In this document: one piece after another, positions 11,766-23,004 of the stretch
How positions within the stretch are numbered: the first letter of the stretch is position 1
How the letters are laid out: every line of letters begins with the position of its first letter
DNA from: Catajapyx aquilonaris
Taxonomy: Eukaryota
DNA: 34,248 nucleotides
Direction: 5' to 3'
Assembly: GCA_000934665.2 (NCBI GenBank)
Contig: JYFJ02004157.1
Location: forward strand, 1 to 34,248
Made by a program: the position numbers and the translations under genes
Notes under the pieces: generated by a model
Told to the model about the DNA's origin: nothing
Seen by the model: only the letters and a program-made list of their open reading frames with translations
The model's database searches: none

Positions 11766-12604
11766 CAGCAGAGTAAATATTAAGTCTACAGTACACACTG
11801 CGTCTGCATCTACTGTACGCTTGCGATGTAATCACTCCATCGATTTCGCAGTAATTACCTGCGCACTGCCAAGTGTAGGGCTCTGTATGTACTGTGAAGC
11901 AGTACCTGCTTGGCATTTATTTGTAACTGACACTTCCACGGATTAGATACAAGTTTTAAAAAACCACCGACTGGTCACCAATGTCACTGTTTTGGCTTGC
12001 AAACCAATTTATCTGAAGGGAGGAAAAGGGTAATTATTTAATTCTCTCTGCATAATAATTTCATTCATCGATTCGTAATTTTCTTATTTTATTTTATCCC
12101 CTGCTTGTATTGGGCGATTTAAATATATATATATATATATATATCCTCGCTCTCCCTTGATGTCATCGTGTAGAGAATGTTACACTCTTAACCATTTATC
12201 TTCTCGGCATATGCAGATTACTCTGGTTATTTGACATACAGTATGTGGTTAAATTCAAGACATGTTGACAACAAACCCTTTGCAACATATACTTTTCTTG
12301 GTTGCAGTTACATAATGACAATAATTCGGTGTTTATCATGCAGTAATATCTTGTGCACACAATGTTTTTATATTTTATTGGTCAAAATTATTTTCTAAAA
12401 TGACTTATAACTTGAACTTTTCTATTCTCAATCTATAATCGTTCTATTGACAGGCTCCCGTTCCGTATTGCTTCATGGTTGTCAACGGGAGTTCTTTTTT
12501 CCCCCCCTCTTATGACCGCTATCTTATCGTCGTCCACCGGAAACTTCCTTTTTATTACCAACCATTTTTGCGCAGTGTTCCTGTTAATTTTCGCGTGATT
12601 AGTT
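11766..12604. repeat. Duplicate of 21407-22270 (and in part 715-1064), far-upstream IR flank
   Basis: Colinear from cagcagagtaaatat to ttttcgcgtgattagtt. It is joined through a short filler to the IR 3' flank at ~12628. Confidence 0.9.
12123..12144. repeat. (AT)11 microsatellite
   Basis: Read directly. The paralogous site near 21785 is not expanded. Confidence 0.9.
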
Positions 12605-12894
12605 TGTTCAGGTGTCAACCCTTGCTTTGTCTCTCTATACATGCAGCTGTGGAAAAAAAACAATGTGGGATTCGAAAGCAACATACAAGATGTCATTGCA
12701 TTTTAACATTTTTTGGGGGTACTTTTAATGCTCCATTAAGATCCATCAATGCCATTGGCATGACACAGACGAAGTCATTAAATGGTTGAGATTTTCTGAC
12801 ATTGTGTGTTTTGTCTTCTGAATCTCTAAACTATGAATTTCATTCCCAAGGCTTGTGGCATATTTTCTGATGCGGGAATGAGGAATGAGGCATT

Positions 12895-15023
12895 CTACTT
12901 TGCTAATTTATTGCCCTCTTTGCGTGAGAACAAGTTTGCACCTTTCCAGAATCCAAACTCAAAGATGAATACCAGTGCAGAAAGAGCGATTCCAGTGGTC
13001 CAGAAAGCAAACACAACAAGAAGATTTTCAGCCTGGACCACGTCTTTCACGGGATCGATCTTCACGATGCCTTCTTCGAGACGTATTTTTCGGAGATTGG
13101 TCCAGAAATCGCGGAAGATGCCTTCTCGCTTCCATTCCTCGAGGATCCCACTCTCCCACATCATCGCTTGAAACATGAGGATTCTTGGAACCTCAACGTT
13201 ACCCTTCCCGTAGACAACAGAAGAATAAATATCGTAATCATGCTCAGGTGCCACTTTCACAATGGGATCTCCATTCTCATCCCTCATTTTCCCTTCGTCT
13301 CGGTGAATGTAGTAGTTGAACAGCAGACAGGCTTTCATTGGAGTGTCCACCACCAGTGACATGCAGGCCTCGGGATTAGAAGTGATTGCTGATCGATTGA
13401 TGAAGCTTTCGTATGTTGTGTTGGCGTTGATTTGAGAGACGCCCAGTAGGTTTGGGTAGGGTATAAGCGTCTCGTACCCTTCATGGACGAGGTCACCAAA
13501 GGTCTTGGGCATTTCCTCCTTGGACAGCACGGCCAGGAAGGCCAGAAGTTTGGTGACATATGCGCAGGAGACGATGATGGCCATGAGCCTCATTGCCCCT
13601 TCGAACTCACGAGAGGCTGTGAGTTGGGGAAGGTCGTGAGGCTGACCGATGGGCATCTTGAAGAGAGAGGCCGTGGCTGATCCCAGGCTGATCTTCTCCC
13701 CTGAGAGACGGATGATCATCCACAAGGCTACTCCTGAGATCACCCAGGTCACCAATATCAAAGCCCACAGTGGGGGATCAAAAGGGTCGAACAGAATGGT
13801 CCAAGGGATGACCTCTTTTGGCAAGGCTGTGACGAAGGTCATGAAGAACTGGATCACATATGGAGAAAATAGCACGTACCGGGGGACCTTGTCAGACATG
13901 ATGTACACCATTCCAAAATGGGCTTTTCCGGAGAGGAGGTCTCCAACTATCCCCCTCCAGGTTCCGTTTGGACGCATCTTGTCCCAGTCTCCCGAAGTGA
14001 GGTCAGCACTGGGATCTACGACCTTCAACTTTGCATTGAAGGCGTCCTCCCAGGCGAGGTAAGCCTTCTGCGCTAACCTGAGACGCAATCTCCCACACTC
14101 CTCTAGGTGTTTGCGTGACATCTCTGTGTCTTCGAGTTCAAAGTGTGAGAAATCGACTGTACGGCCATGCAGGTCTCCGCTAGTGTCCGGATACACATCT
14201 ACAGGGAATGTGTCCGGATAGCTGCCCAGATTCATCCAGTTGGGTTGTCCGTGGTCGCAGTAGAAGCAGACAGTCTCAAGTGTCAACTGCTTCGCTGCTT
14301 CATTGGTTCTGAAATGATGAAAGGATCGACACGCATGACCTTTAGTAGTAGACAGTTTTAGTTTGACAGGAGCATAATTATTGTTGTGTTTAACAAGAAT
14401 GAATCATTAATATCTGCTATGTAAGCACCATTGCTTAAATTACATCAATACCTGCTCGATATGACCTTGTATCGTATGCCTCTGGCTGGGTGTTCCAGCA
14501 GCAAATCCATGTTCTGATCCGTCATGTTGCGAAAGTGCAACACGAAGTGGTCGTGCAGATTCCGGAGCTGGACTGTCCCTGCCAGTTGAAGCAGCTGGTC
14601 GGGCAGGGTGGACGGAGTGTCGCAGACCAAGAGGTGCAGGACACACCTGTCTCCGAGGTTCACCTGGGACAGCATGTCCGGAGGCATGGTGGTGAAGGAG
14701 TGCATCTGCTCAGGACCAGTGACTCCGAGGTACTCTCTCCATGGCCTGGGTCGAAAGGCCTTGTCCTTCCCTGCACCGAGTGTGACCGTCGTGTGGTACC
14801 CTCCATATCGTTCAGTCAACAATCCGGACAGAGGACCTCTCGTGCTGTCCTCTCCTTCGCCCAAGGACAGCACCAACGAGCAGTCCAGAAGCTGGTGGTT
14901 CTCCAGCAGATCCAGGACCAGTCTGGATAACAGCTGGTCCTCCTCATCTTCCTCACGCAGATTCACCCTGCCTCCATGAGAGTCCTGCAGGACAAGAAGC
15001 ACTAGCAGGCAGTACGCAAGCAT
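12895..15023 (-). CDS. Divergent ionotropic receptor, copy C; exons 15023-14452 and 14308-12895, 661 aa
   Basis: Same 572-bp exon 1 and phase-2 intron (14451-14309) as copy B. Intact frame and the same IR motifs. Confidence 0.9.
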
Positions 15024-15361
15024 GGTTGCCTCGCACTGCATACACTTCCTATTCTCCTCGCAATACCTGCGTCACGTGTGACTAAATTTTTCACCATCCC
15101 ACATGATCCTAGGATAGTAGCCTAACTAAGCGAATCCAGGAATAGTCCGTCTACCTAGTTGCTTATTGTGTTGTAATCGATGTAGAGTGCCTCACAGAAA
15201 CGTCTCATTAAATGGCGTTCCATATCCTAAGTGCCTTACTGTTATTCCATATGTATGAGACACTTCGAAGTCACATATAATGATACAGATAAGCGGAAGT
15301 GTTGGTGCCCCTATCACCTACAGTCATTGTTGTAAATCATTCAGTATAGGGTGTGCCTTAT

Positions 15362-16015
15362 TAGTACAGTCAAATTGGGGTTTTCGAATGACAAACAAGG
15401 TAGAAAGCTGAAAACCGGTGTGCACATGGATTTGAAGGTGCTTAACTCTAATCCGTTGAGTCCCACTCTCTACCGGATGGGGGAATCGCCGCCATATTGG
15501 TTTCAATTCCGCCATTTTTGATTTAAGCCTTGGTTCCTATTTTTGGTTCCTATTTTGGGAGGTTATGGCAGCTTAAATCGTAATTAGTTTATTAAGGAAG
15601 GCAAACAAATTTAAAGAATATTTAACGTTTCAATATTGTGAAAATGTAAGTACCTGGTGGAACACGCGCAGACTGTGCTGTTGTGCGGCTGCAGACGTTG
15701 GCGGAAGTTTAGCCAATTCGAACTTGCCGTTCACCGGTTGACTTGCCACGGCCTTGTGGTACTGCTTGAATCTTGTCTTGTCCAGACCGTCTTCCTCTTT
15801 TCCGCCGTACAATTAAGCACCAAGAAACCTTCCCCTGCACGGACGACTTCTTCTAAAGTTGAATCTTTGTTATTAAAAGTATAGCTACTTTCTCCTGTAG
15901 ACCCTGACTGGATTTCAGCTTACGGTAAGCCCTCCATTTCCCCATCTGGTAGAGAGCTGATGTGGTGCCGCATCCTGTCATCGTATGCAGGAAAATCACC
16001 ACTCTCTTTTTCTTA
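15362..16015 (-). mobile_element. AcademX-like transposon remnant upstream of IR copy C
   Basis: Same TAG terminus and first ~185 bp as at 10785. Fragments IFLHTMTGCGTTSALYQMGK (H3TH-like) and LYGG...LAKLPPTSAAAQQHSLRVFHQV. Confidence 0.65.
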
Positions 16016-16100
16016 CCGAAGGGAAAGATTTTGATATAATTTCAGTTCTTTTTTTAAACCCCTTCCCAGTACCAGATATACCGCCATCGCCTATAGGTTG

Positions 16101-16248
16101 TCGCTGACTCGTACCCTGAACACAAGGACAACATATTTAATATCTTGTCCTTGTCTTCAGAGTACGAGTCAGCGATACGTACATCACTCTAGCTGTTATT
16201 ATTTGTAAAATCTTTACAAATAATAACAGGTACAGTGATATACGTATC
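16101..16248. repeat. Two abutting 75-bp near-perfect palindromes (16101-16175 and 16174-16248)
   Basis: Arms of 37 and 36 bp, three mismatches each, with 1-3 nt at the centre. The two hairpins are unrelated in sequence. Confidence 0.9.
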
Positions 16249-16326
16249 ATATCATACTAACTAGTTTATGCTCTAAACTACAGTCTGCACTATGAATGTA
16301 TTGGAGACGCTTTTCGTCGCTTACAA

Positions 16327-17199
16327 CAACAACATCACGACATTTCCCTGTGAGGGGTAGTCAGCGATGAAGGGAGACGCAAGCCAACCCAACATACGAA
16401 CTAATAAAACTCATGAGAATAAACCTAAAAACAACCCGTCCCATCCCCCACCCCTGCCCTCCTCAGACATCACCTTATCCTCAGACATATTTACCTATTT
16501 ACCCATTAATTAACCTACGCCATTTACACCTATCCAAACAAACAACCCTAGCCTCAGCCACGTCCATGGCCCTATTGACACAAGAACGTCTCGGCTTAAC
16601 ACTAGCAACACCCTTAAGACACTGGCCCACCTGGTCCAACCATGTCTTCCTAGGCCTACCCTTGCCCCTCTTACCAACGACTCCACCCAAATAAACCTTC
16701 TTCACAATCTCCTCCTCCTTCATCCTCTCCACATGGCCAAACCACCTTAGAGTAGACCTACACACCTTATCTTTAACAGTCTCCTTAACATTACACCTCT
16801 GCAAAATCTCCTCATTCCTAAACCTATCCAACTTGGTAACCCCACAAACAGCCCGGAGATAACGCATCTCTGTAGCCAACACCCTACTCTTATGCCTATC
16901 TGACCAAACCCACGCTTCACTACCACACATAAGTGAAGGAACAATAACGTGAGAATAGACAGACAACCTACAGGCAGAAGATAAGTCCTTATTTCTAGAA
17001 AACTTACTTGTGGCACCTATTACTTTCAACCCAGAACTAACTCTCCTGTCTATTTCCCCATCAATTCTACCATTACTCTCAAGGACACTACCCAGGTATA
17101 CAAACTGGCTGACCTGCTCAACCAGTTTTCCTCGTATCTGCAACATTCAAGGAGAAACCTGCTGTCCCCTCTCAAATACCAATACCTTAGTCTTATCTA
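16327..17199 (-). mobile_element. 5'-truncated RTE-clade LINE (C-terminal RT/thumb region plus 3' UTR)
   Basis: KTKVLVF, FVYLGS, GSEAW, EMRYLR, LRWFGHVERM, GKRGKGRPRKTW. (TTG)n tail. 12-bp TSD cgtcgcttacaa at 16315-16326 and 17200-17211. One in-frame stop near 17148. Confidence 0.92.
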
Positions 17200-18153
17200 C
17201 GTCGCTTACAAGTCCCTAAAATACTTTTCACGGAGATAGTCGGAAAAAAAACGAAATTCGAGTGTGCTATACCAGCCAACGGTTAGCCTGATTTAAATAT
17301 GAAATAGCCTAAACGTTAAAATATACGAACTGTACCGGACGAATTTGCTGAAATCGTAGTACTTTGCAAGAATTCGATCAATACTTATCAGCGGCTTGCC
17401 TCCGTCACAACTGAAAACTCCCAAACGTACCCCCGCGAGCATAAATATGGAGCCGGCAGGCCCTTTTTTGACCTTTCTCTATCCGACTCAAATTAATGAA
17501 CTCTGTTTGGACCGAGTTAACTGCATCAGGCGTGTGTTCGTGTATTTATGACAGTATAATTTATACCGTTAATAGCTGCAATTGGCAGAGCAGCCTGCCG
17601 AAGGTGAGGGCCTGCCGTCTCCATCTTTATGCTCGAGGGTGTACTTAATTTTCGCGAAATGCGAGTGGCTTTCCCCGCTATTTGAGTGGTTTTTCCTGGG
17701 ATTTTCACTCTTTCTTCTACTTGAAATGTAACAGTCTTTTTGAGTGAAAACCGCCAACCAATATGGTGGTCTTGGATATTCAATCTGCAGGAAAATAATA
17801 CTACACACAAGGATGTTATGAAGTGGTTTTGAACTTTTATTTTCAATTCGTATTGTATCCAGATACAGTACATTTAATTTTTGGACAATTCAGACATGAT
17901 ATGTCTCTCTATACATGCAGCTGTGGAAAAAAAGCAATGTGGGATTCGAAAGCAACATACAAGATGCCATTGCATTTTAACATTTTTTGGGGGTGCTTTT
18001 AATGCTCCATTAAGATCCATCAATGCCATTGGCATGACACAGACGAAGGGTTTTCTGACATTGTGCGTTTTGTCTTCTGAATCTCTAAACTCTGAATATT
18101 ATTCCCAAGGCTTGTGGCATATTTTCTGATGCGGGGATGAGGAATGAGGCATT

Positions 18154-20290
18154 CTACTTTGCTAATTTATTGCCCTCTTTGCGTGAGAACACGTTTGCAC
18201 CTTTCCAGAATCCAAACTCAGAGATGAATACCAGTGCAGAAAGAGCGATTCCAGTGCCCCAGAAAGCAAACACAACAAGAAGATTTTCAGCTTTGACGGC
18301 GTCATCCACGGCATCATCTTTCTTCACGATGCCTTCTTCGAGACGCATTTTTCTGAGATTGGTCCAGAAATCGCGGAAGATGCCTTCTAGCTTCCATTGC
18401 TCGACGATGCCACTCTCCCACATCATCGCTTGAAAGATGAGGACTCTTGGTACCTCAACGTTACCCTTCCCGTAGACAACAGAAGTATAAATATCGTAAT
18501 CATGCTCAGGTGCCACTTTCACAATGGGATCTCCATTCTCATCCCTCATTTTCCCTTCGTCTCGGTGAATGTAGTAGTTGAACAGCAGACAGGCTTTCAT
18601 TGGAGTGTCCACCACCAGTGCCATGCAGCCCTCGGGATTAGTAGTGATTGCTGATCGGTTGATGAATCCTTCGTATGTTGTGTTGGCGGTGATTTGAGAG
18701 ACGGCCAGTAGGTTTGGGTAGGGTATAAGCGTCTCGTACCCTTCATGGACGAGGTCACCAAATGTCTTGGGCATTTCCTCCTTGGACAGCACGGCCAAGA
18801 AGGCCAGAAGTTTGGTGACATATGCGCAGGAGACGATGATGGCCATGAGCCTCATTGCCCCTTCGAACTCACGAGAGGCTGTGAGTTGGGGAAGGTCATG
18901 AGGCTGACCGATGGGCATCTTGAAGAGAGAGGCCGTGGCTGATCCCAGGCTGATCTTCTCCCCTGAGAGACGGATGATCATCCACAAGGCCACTCCTGAG
19001 ATCACCCAGGTCACCAATATCAAAGCCCACAGTAGGGGATCAAAAGGGTCGAACAGAATGGTCCAAGGGATGAACTCTCTTGGCAAGGCTGTGGCGAAGG
19101 TCATGAAGAACTGAATCACATATGGAGAAAATAGCACGTACCGGGGGACCTTGTCAGACATGATGTACACCATTCCAAAATGGGCTTTTCCGGAGAGGAG
19201 GTCTCCAACTATCCCCCTCCAGGTTCCGTTTGGACGCATCTTGTCCCAGTCTCCTGAAGTGAGGTCAGCACTGGGATCAACGACCTTCACCTTTGCATTG
19301 AAGGCGTCCTCCCAGACGAGGTAAGCCTTCTGCGCTAACCTGAGGCACAATCGCCCACACTCCTCTAGGTGTTTGCGTGACATCTCTGTGTCTTCGAATT
19401 CAAAGTGTGAGAAATGGACTGTACGCCCATGCAGGTCTCCGCTAGTGTCCGGATACACATCTACAGGGAATGTGTCCGGATAGCTGCCCAGATTCATCCA
19501 GTTGGGTTGTCCGTGGTCGCAGTAGAAGCAGACAGTCTCAAGTGTCAATTGCTTCGCTGCTTCATTGGTTCTGAAATGATTAAGGGATCGACACGCATGA
19601 CCCTTAGTAGTTGGCAGTGCTTTAGTTTGACAAGAGCATAATAATTATTGTTGTGTTTAACAAGGATGAATCATTAATATCTGCTGTGTAAGCACCATTG
19701 CTTAAATTACATCAATACCTGCTCGATATGATCTTGTATCGTATGCCTCTGGCTGGATGATCCAGCAGCAGATCCTTGTTCTGATCCGTCGTGTTGCGAA
19801 AGTGCAACACGAAGTGGTCGTGCAGATTCCGGAGCTGGACTGTCCCTGCCAGTTGAAGCAGCTGGTCGGGCAGGGTGGACGGAGTGTCGCAGACCAAGAG
19901 GTGCAGGACACACCTGTCTCCGAGGTTCACCTGGGACAGCATGTCCGGAGGCATGGTGGTGAAGGAGTGCATCTGCTCAGGACCAGTGACTCCGAGGTAC
20001 TCTCTCCATGGCCTGGGTCGAAAGGCCTTGTCCTTCCCTGCACCGAGTGTGACCGTCGTGTGGTACCCTCCATATCGTTCAGTCAACAATCCGGACAGAG
20101 GACCACTCGTGCTGTCCTCTCCTTCGCCCAAGGACAGCACCAACGAGCAGTCCAGAAGCTGGTGGTTCTCCAGCAGGTCCAGGACCAGTCTGGACAACAG
20201 CTGGTCCTCCTCACCTTCCTCACGCAGATTCACCCTGCCTCCATGAGAGTCCTGCAGGACAAGAAGCAACAGCAGGCAGTACGCCAGCAT
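18154..20290 (-). CDS. Divergent ionotropic receptor, copy D; exons 20290-19719 and 19570-18154, 662 aa
   Basis: Same 572-bp exon 1 and phase-2 intron (19718-19571). Intact frame and the same IR motifs. Confidence 0.9.
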
Positions 20291-20874
20291 GGTTGCCTCG
20301 CACTGCGTACACTTCCTATTCTCCTCGCACTGCATATGCACTCCAATTTTCCTCTCAATACCTGCGTCATGCGTGACTAAATTTTTCAGCATCCCACGTG
20401 ATCCTATAAGAAGAGCCCATCTACCTAGCAGCTTTTATTGTAATCGAAATAGAGTACCTCCCAGAAACGTATCATTAAATAAATGATGTTCCATATCCTG
20501 AGTGCCTTGCTGTTATTCCCTATAGGTATGAGATATGTCGAAACAATAATTATGCAGCTAATCAGAAGTGTTGGTACCTGTTGACCTGTAGCACTTACAG
20601 TCATTGCTGTAAATTATTCAGTATAGTGTATGCCGTATCTGAAATTGATTTTCATTGCCGAAATCCAGTCAGTTGCGTAACTTATTTGATCTAAAATATT
20701 TCAGCTGCTGGAGTGGGCCAGAAATGTTGCAAGAAATACGTGTCACCTGTTGGGATGTGCTAATATTGTCAGTAATCTACTATTTAATTTTAAAAAATCT
20801 TACGAATATTAATAGAGAATCTCCTGAAATGATTGTAATCTTCAAATCACCGGAACCCCATTCAAAATAATAAT

Positions 20875-21331
20875 TGTCGGCGTTGGCTTTTCAACCAACG
20901 TTAACTATCGTGTAGGTTCAAATAATTGAGGGTAAGGCTGTATTAAAAATGAATTTAATGTGATGTATATTTACACTGGTTCTCAAATAGTTACAATACA
21001 CTGTTCTCTAAGATATGGTTGTTTCCAAAGTTCACAAGTTAATGCCAATTAACAAATTACGTTGTCTCAGCAAAGGCCTGGCCAATGCCAGCCTCACGGT
21101 TTAAATCTGAGCAGCTACATACCCAATCGTGAGCCCTAGCCCGCGCCCAGGAACTCTCTAGTCCTGTTCCGAAGTTACTCTTATATACTGGGCTGTGCAT
21201 GACAACATGAGGAAACCCTCCTATTGCACAAGCAAAGTTAGCATGTTTTTGCCCAATGTGTTTGCCCAATGTGGCAAGACTAATACTCGTGTGGCTCATC
21301 AAGATATGGATTGCCAAATCCACTTGTAACA
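20875..21331 (-). mobile_element. Solo LTR, 457 bp
   Basis: TGT...ACA termini and a 4-bp TSD TAAT (20871-20874, 21332-21335). Absent at the paralogous site (~643). The minus strand has TATATAA (~21185) followed by ATTAAA (~20958). Confidence 0.8.
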
Positions 21332-22189
21332 TAATTATTGCAGTCATTTCACTATGCATTCCTACCAAGTAGAAGTAGAGTCACCTTTGACATTACAATT
21401 TCTTGACAGCAGAGTAAATATAACAGTCTGCAGTACACACGGCGTCTGCATCTACTGTACGCTTGCTAAGTAATCACTTCATCGATTGCGTAGTAATTAT
21501 TACCTGCGCACTGCCAATAAGTGTAGGGCTTTGCATGTACGGTGAAGCAGTACCTGATTTGGCATTTATTTGTAACTGACACTTCCACGGATTACGTACA
21601 GGTTTTTTTAAAAAAAAAACACCACTAGTCGGTCACGAATGTCACTGTTTTGGCTTGCAAACTAATTATTCTGAAGGGAGGAAAAGGGTAATTACTTTTC
21701 TCTCCGAATAATAATTTAATTCGTCGATTCGTAATTTTCGTATTTTAATTTATCCACTGCTTGTATGGGGCGAGATTTTTCTTTAAATATAATTATTATC
21801 ACTCTCTCTTGATGTCAACGTGTACAGAATGTTACACTCTTAACCATTTATCTTCTCGGTATTATGCAGACTACTCTGGTTATTTGACATACAGCATGTT
21901 GTTAAATTCTGGACATGTTGACAACAAACCGTTTGTAACATTTATTTTTCTTGGTTGCTGTCACATAATGACAATAATACTGTGCGTTCGGTGTTTAACA
22001 TGCAGTAATATCTTGTGCACACAATGTTTTTATATTTTATTGGTCCAAATTATTTTTCTAGAATGACTTATAACTCTTGAACTCTTCTATTCTGAATCTA
22101 TAATGGTTATTTTGACAGGCTCCCGTTCCGTATTGCTTCATGGTTGTCAACGGGAGTTCTTTTTTTCCCCCCATCTTGTGACCGCTATC

Positions 22190-22375
22190 TTATCGTCGTC
22201 CACCGGAAACTTCCTTTTTATTACCAACCATGTTTGGCCAGTGTTCCGGTTAATTTTCGCGTGATTAGTTCGTGCTTCTGTGGCGAGCGTGTCAAGTGAC
22301 CTGTGTGTGTCCAGTTATTTGTGTTTGCGCTAACGATAACTACTGCTACAATGGAGATTCCTGATTCAGGTAGTA
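22190..22375 (+). promoter_or_regulatory. Putative promoter and first exon facing the ankyrin-TPR cluster
   Basis: CCGGAA, TTTTCGCG and TTAGTT-like motifs, local CpG enrichment, possible donor CAG|gtagta at 22370 and an acceptor cccag at 22974 before the ATG at 23005. Inference only. Confidence 0.3.
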
Positions 22376-23004
22376 TCGCCTTAACACCTCTGTTATTTCG
22401 AGTCAAATACATAGTGGCCGACATTTAAAAAAAATTGAAAAATGGCAAAAAAATTGATCATTACACAAGCACAATATATTGTGCCAACTAAAATTTCCTT
22501 TATTATTCAAGTTGCATAACAAATTATTTCTACCGATGATTTTAACGATCTATCTCATGGTTCAATGCCAATTAAATAATGTGGTCCAATCGCTTGTCTT
22601 TCTGTCTAATATCGTGTCCTGGGCTAGTACTTTTGGTCTCCCATATTTGGGAAACTCCCATTCCTTCCTTATTAGGCCCGGATGGGACATTCATTTTATC
22701 ACAGATTATACCCGATCATCCGTGGTACGGGTTGCCTGACTCATTACTGGCTCTCCTGAATGATACTGGCACTATGGCTACTTCCAGGTGGCGCTTCGTC
22801 GGACCTATTTCCGGACTGGGATGGCCATGAAGACCAACGTGTGCCGCTCCCAAATGGCTTCCCTATTGCCGCTCCCTATTCGGTACTAACATCCATTAGG
22901 CGTAAGATAAAATTCTGGGACTCGGACACCTTGTTCCTCTTCTGATATACCAATTCACCACTTGACTGCCCCAGGTGTGGGTGTGATCTACCGAGTCCAT
23001 ACAA

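Noticed and set aside
20291..20392. N-terminal extension of IR D in the 226-aa ORF
   Set aside because: Not conserved in B and C, which have a deletion here, and it would bury the signal peptide.
22560..22960. GC-richer patch with short ORFs upstream of ankyrin copy 1
   Set aside because: No recognisable motif, termini or TSD. It may be a decayed TE fragment, but no call can be supported.
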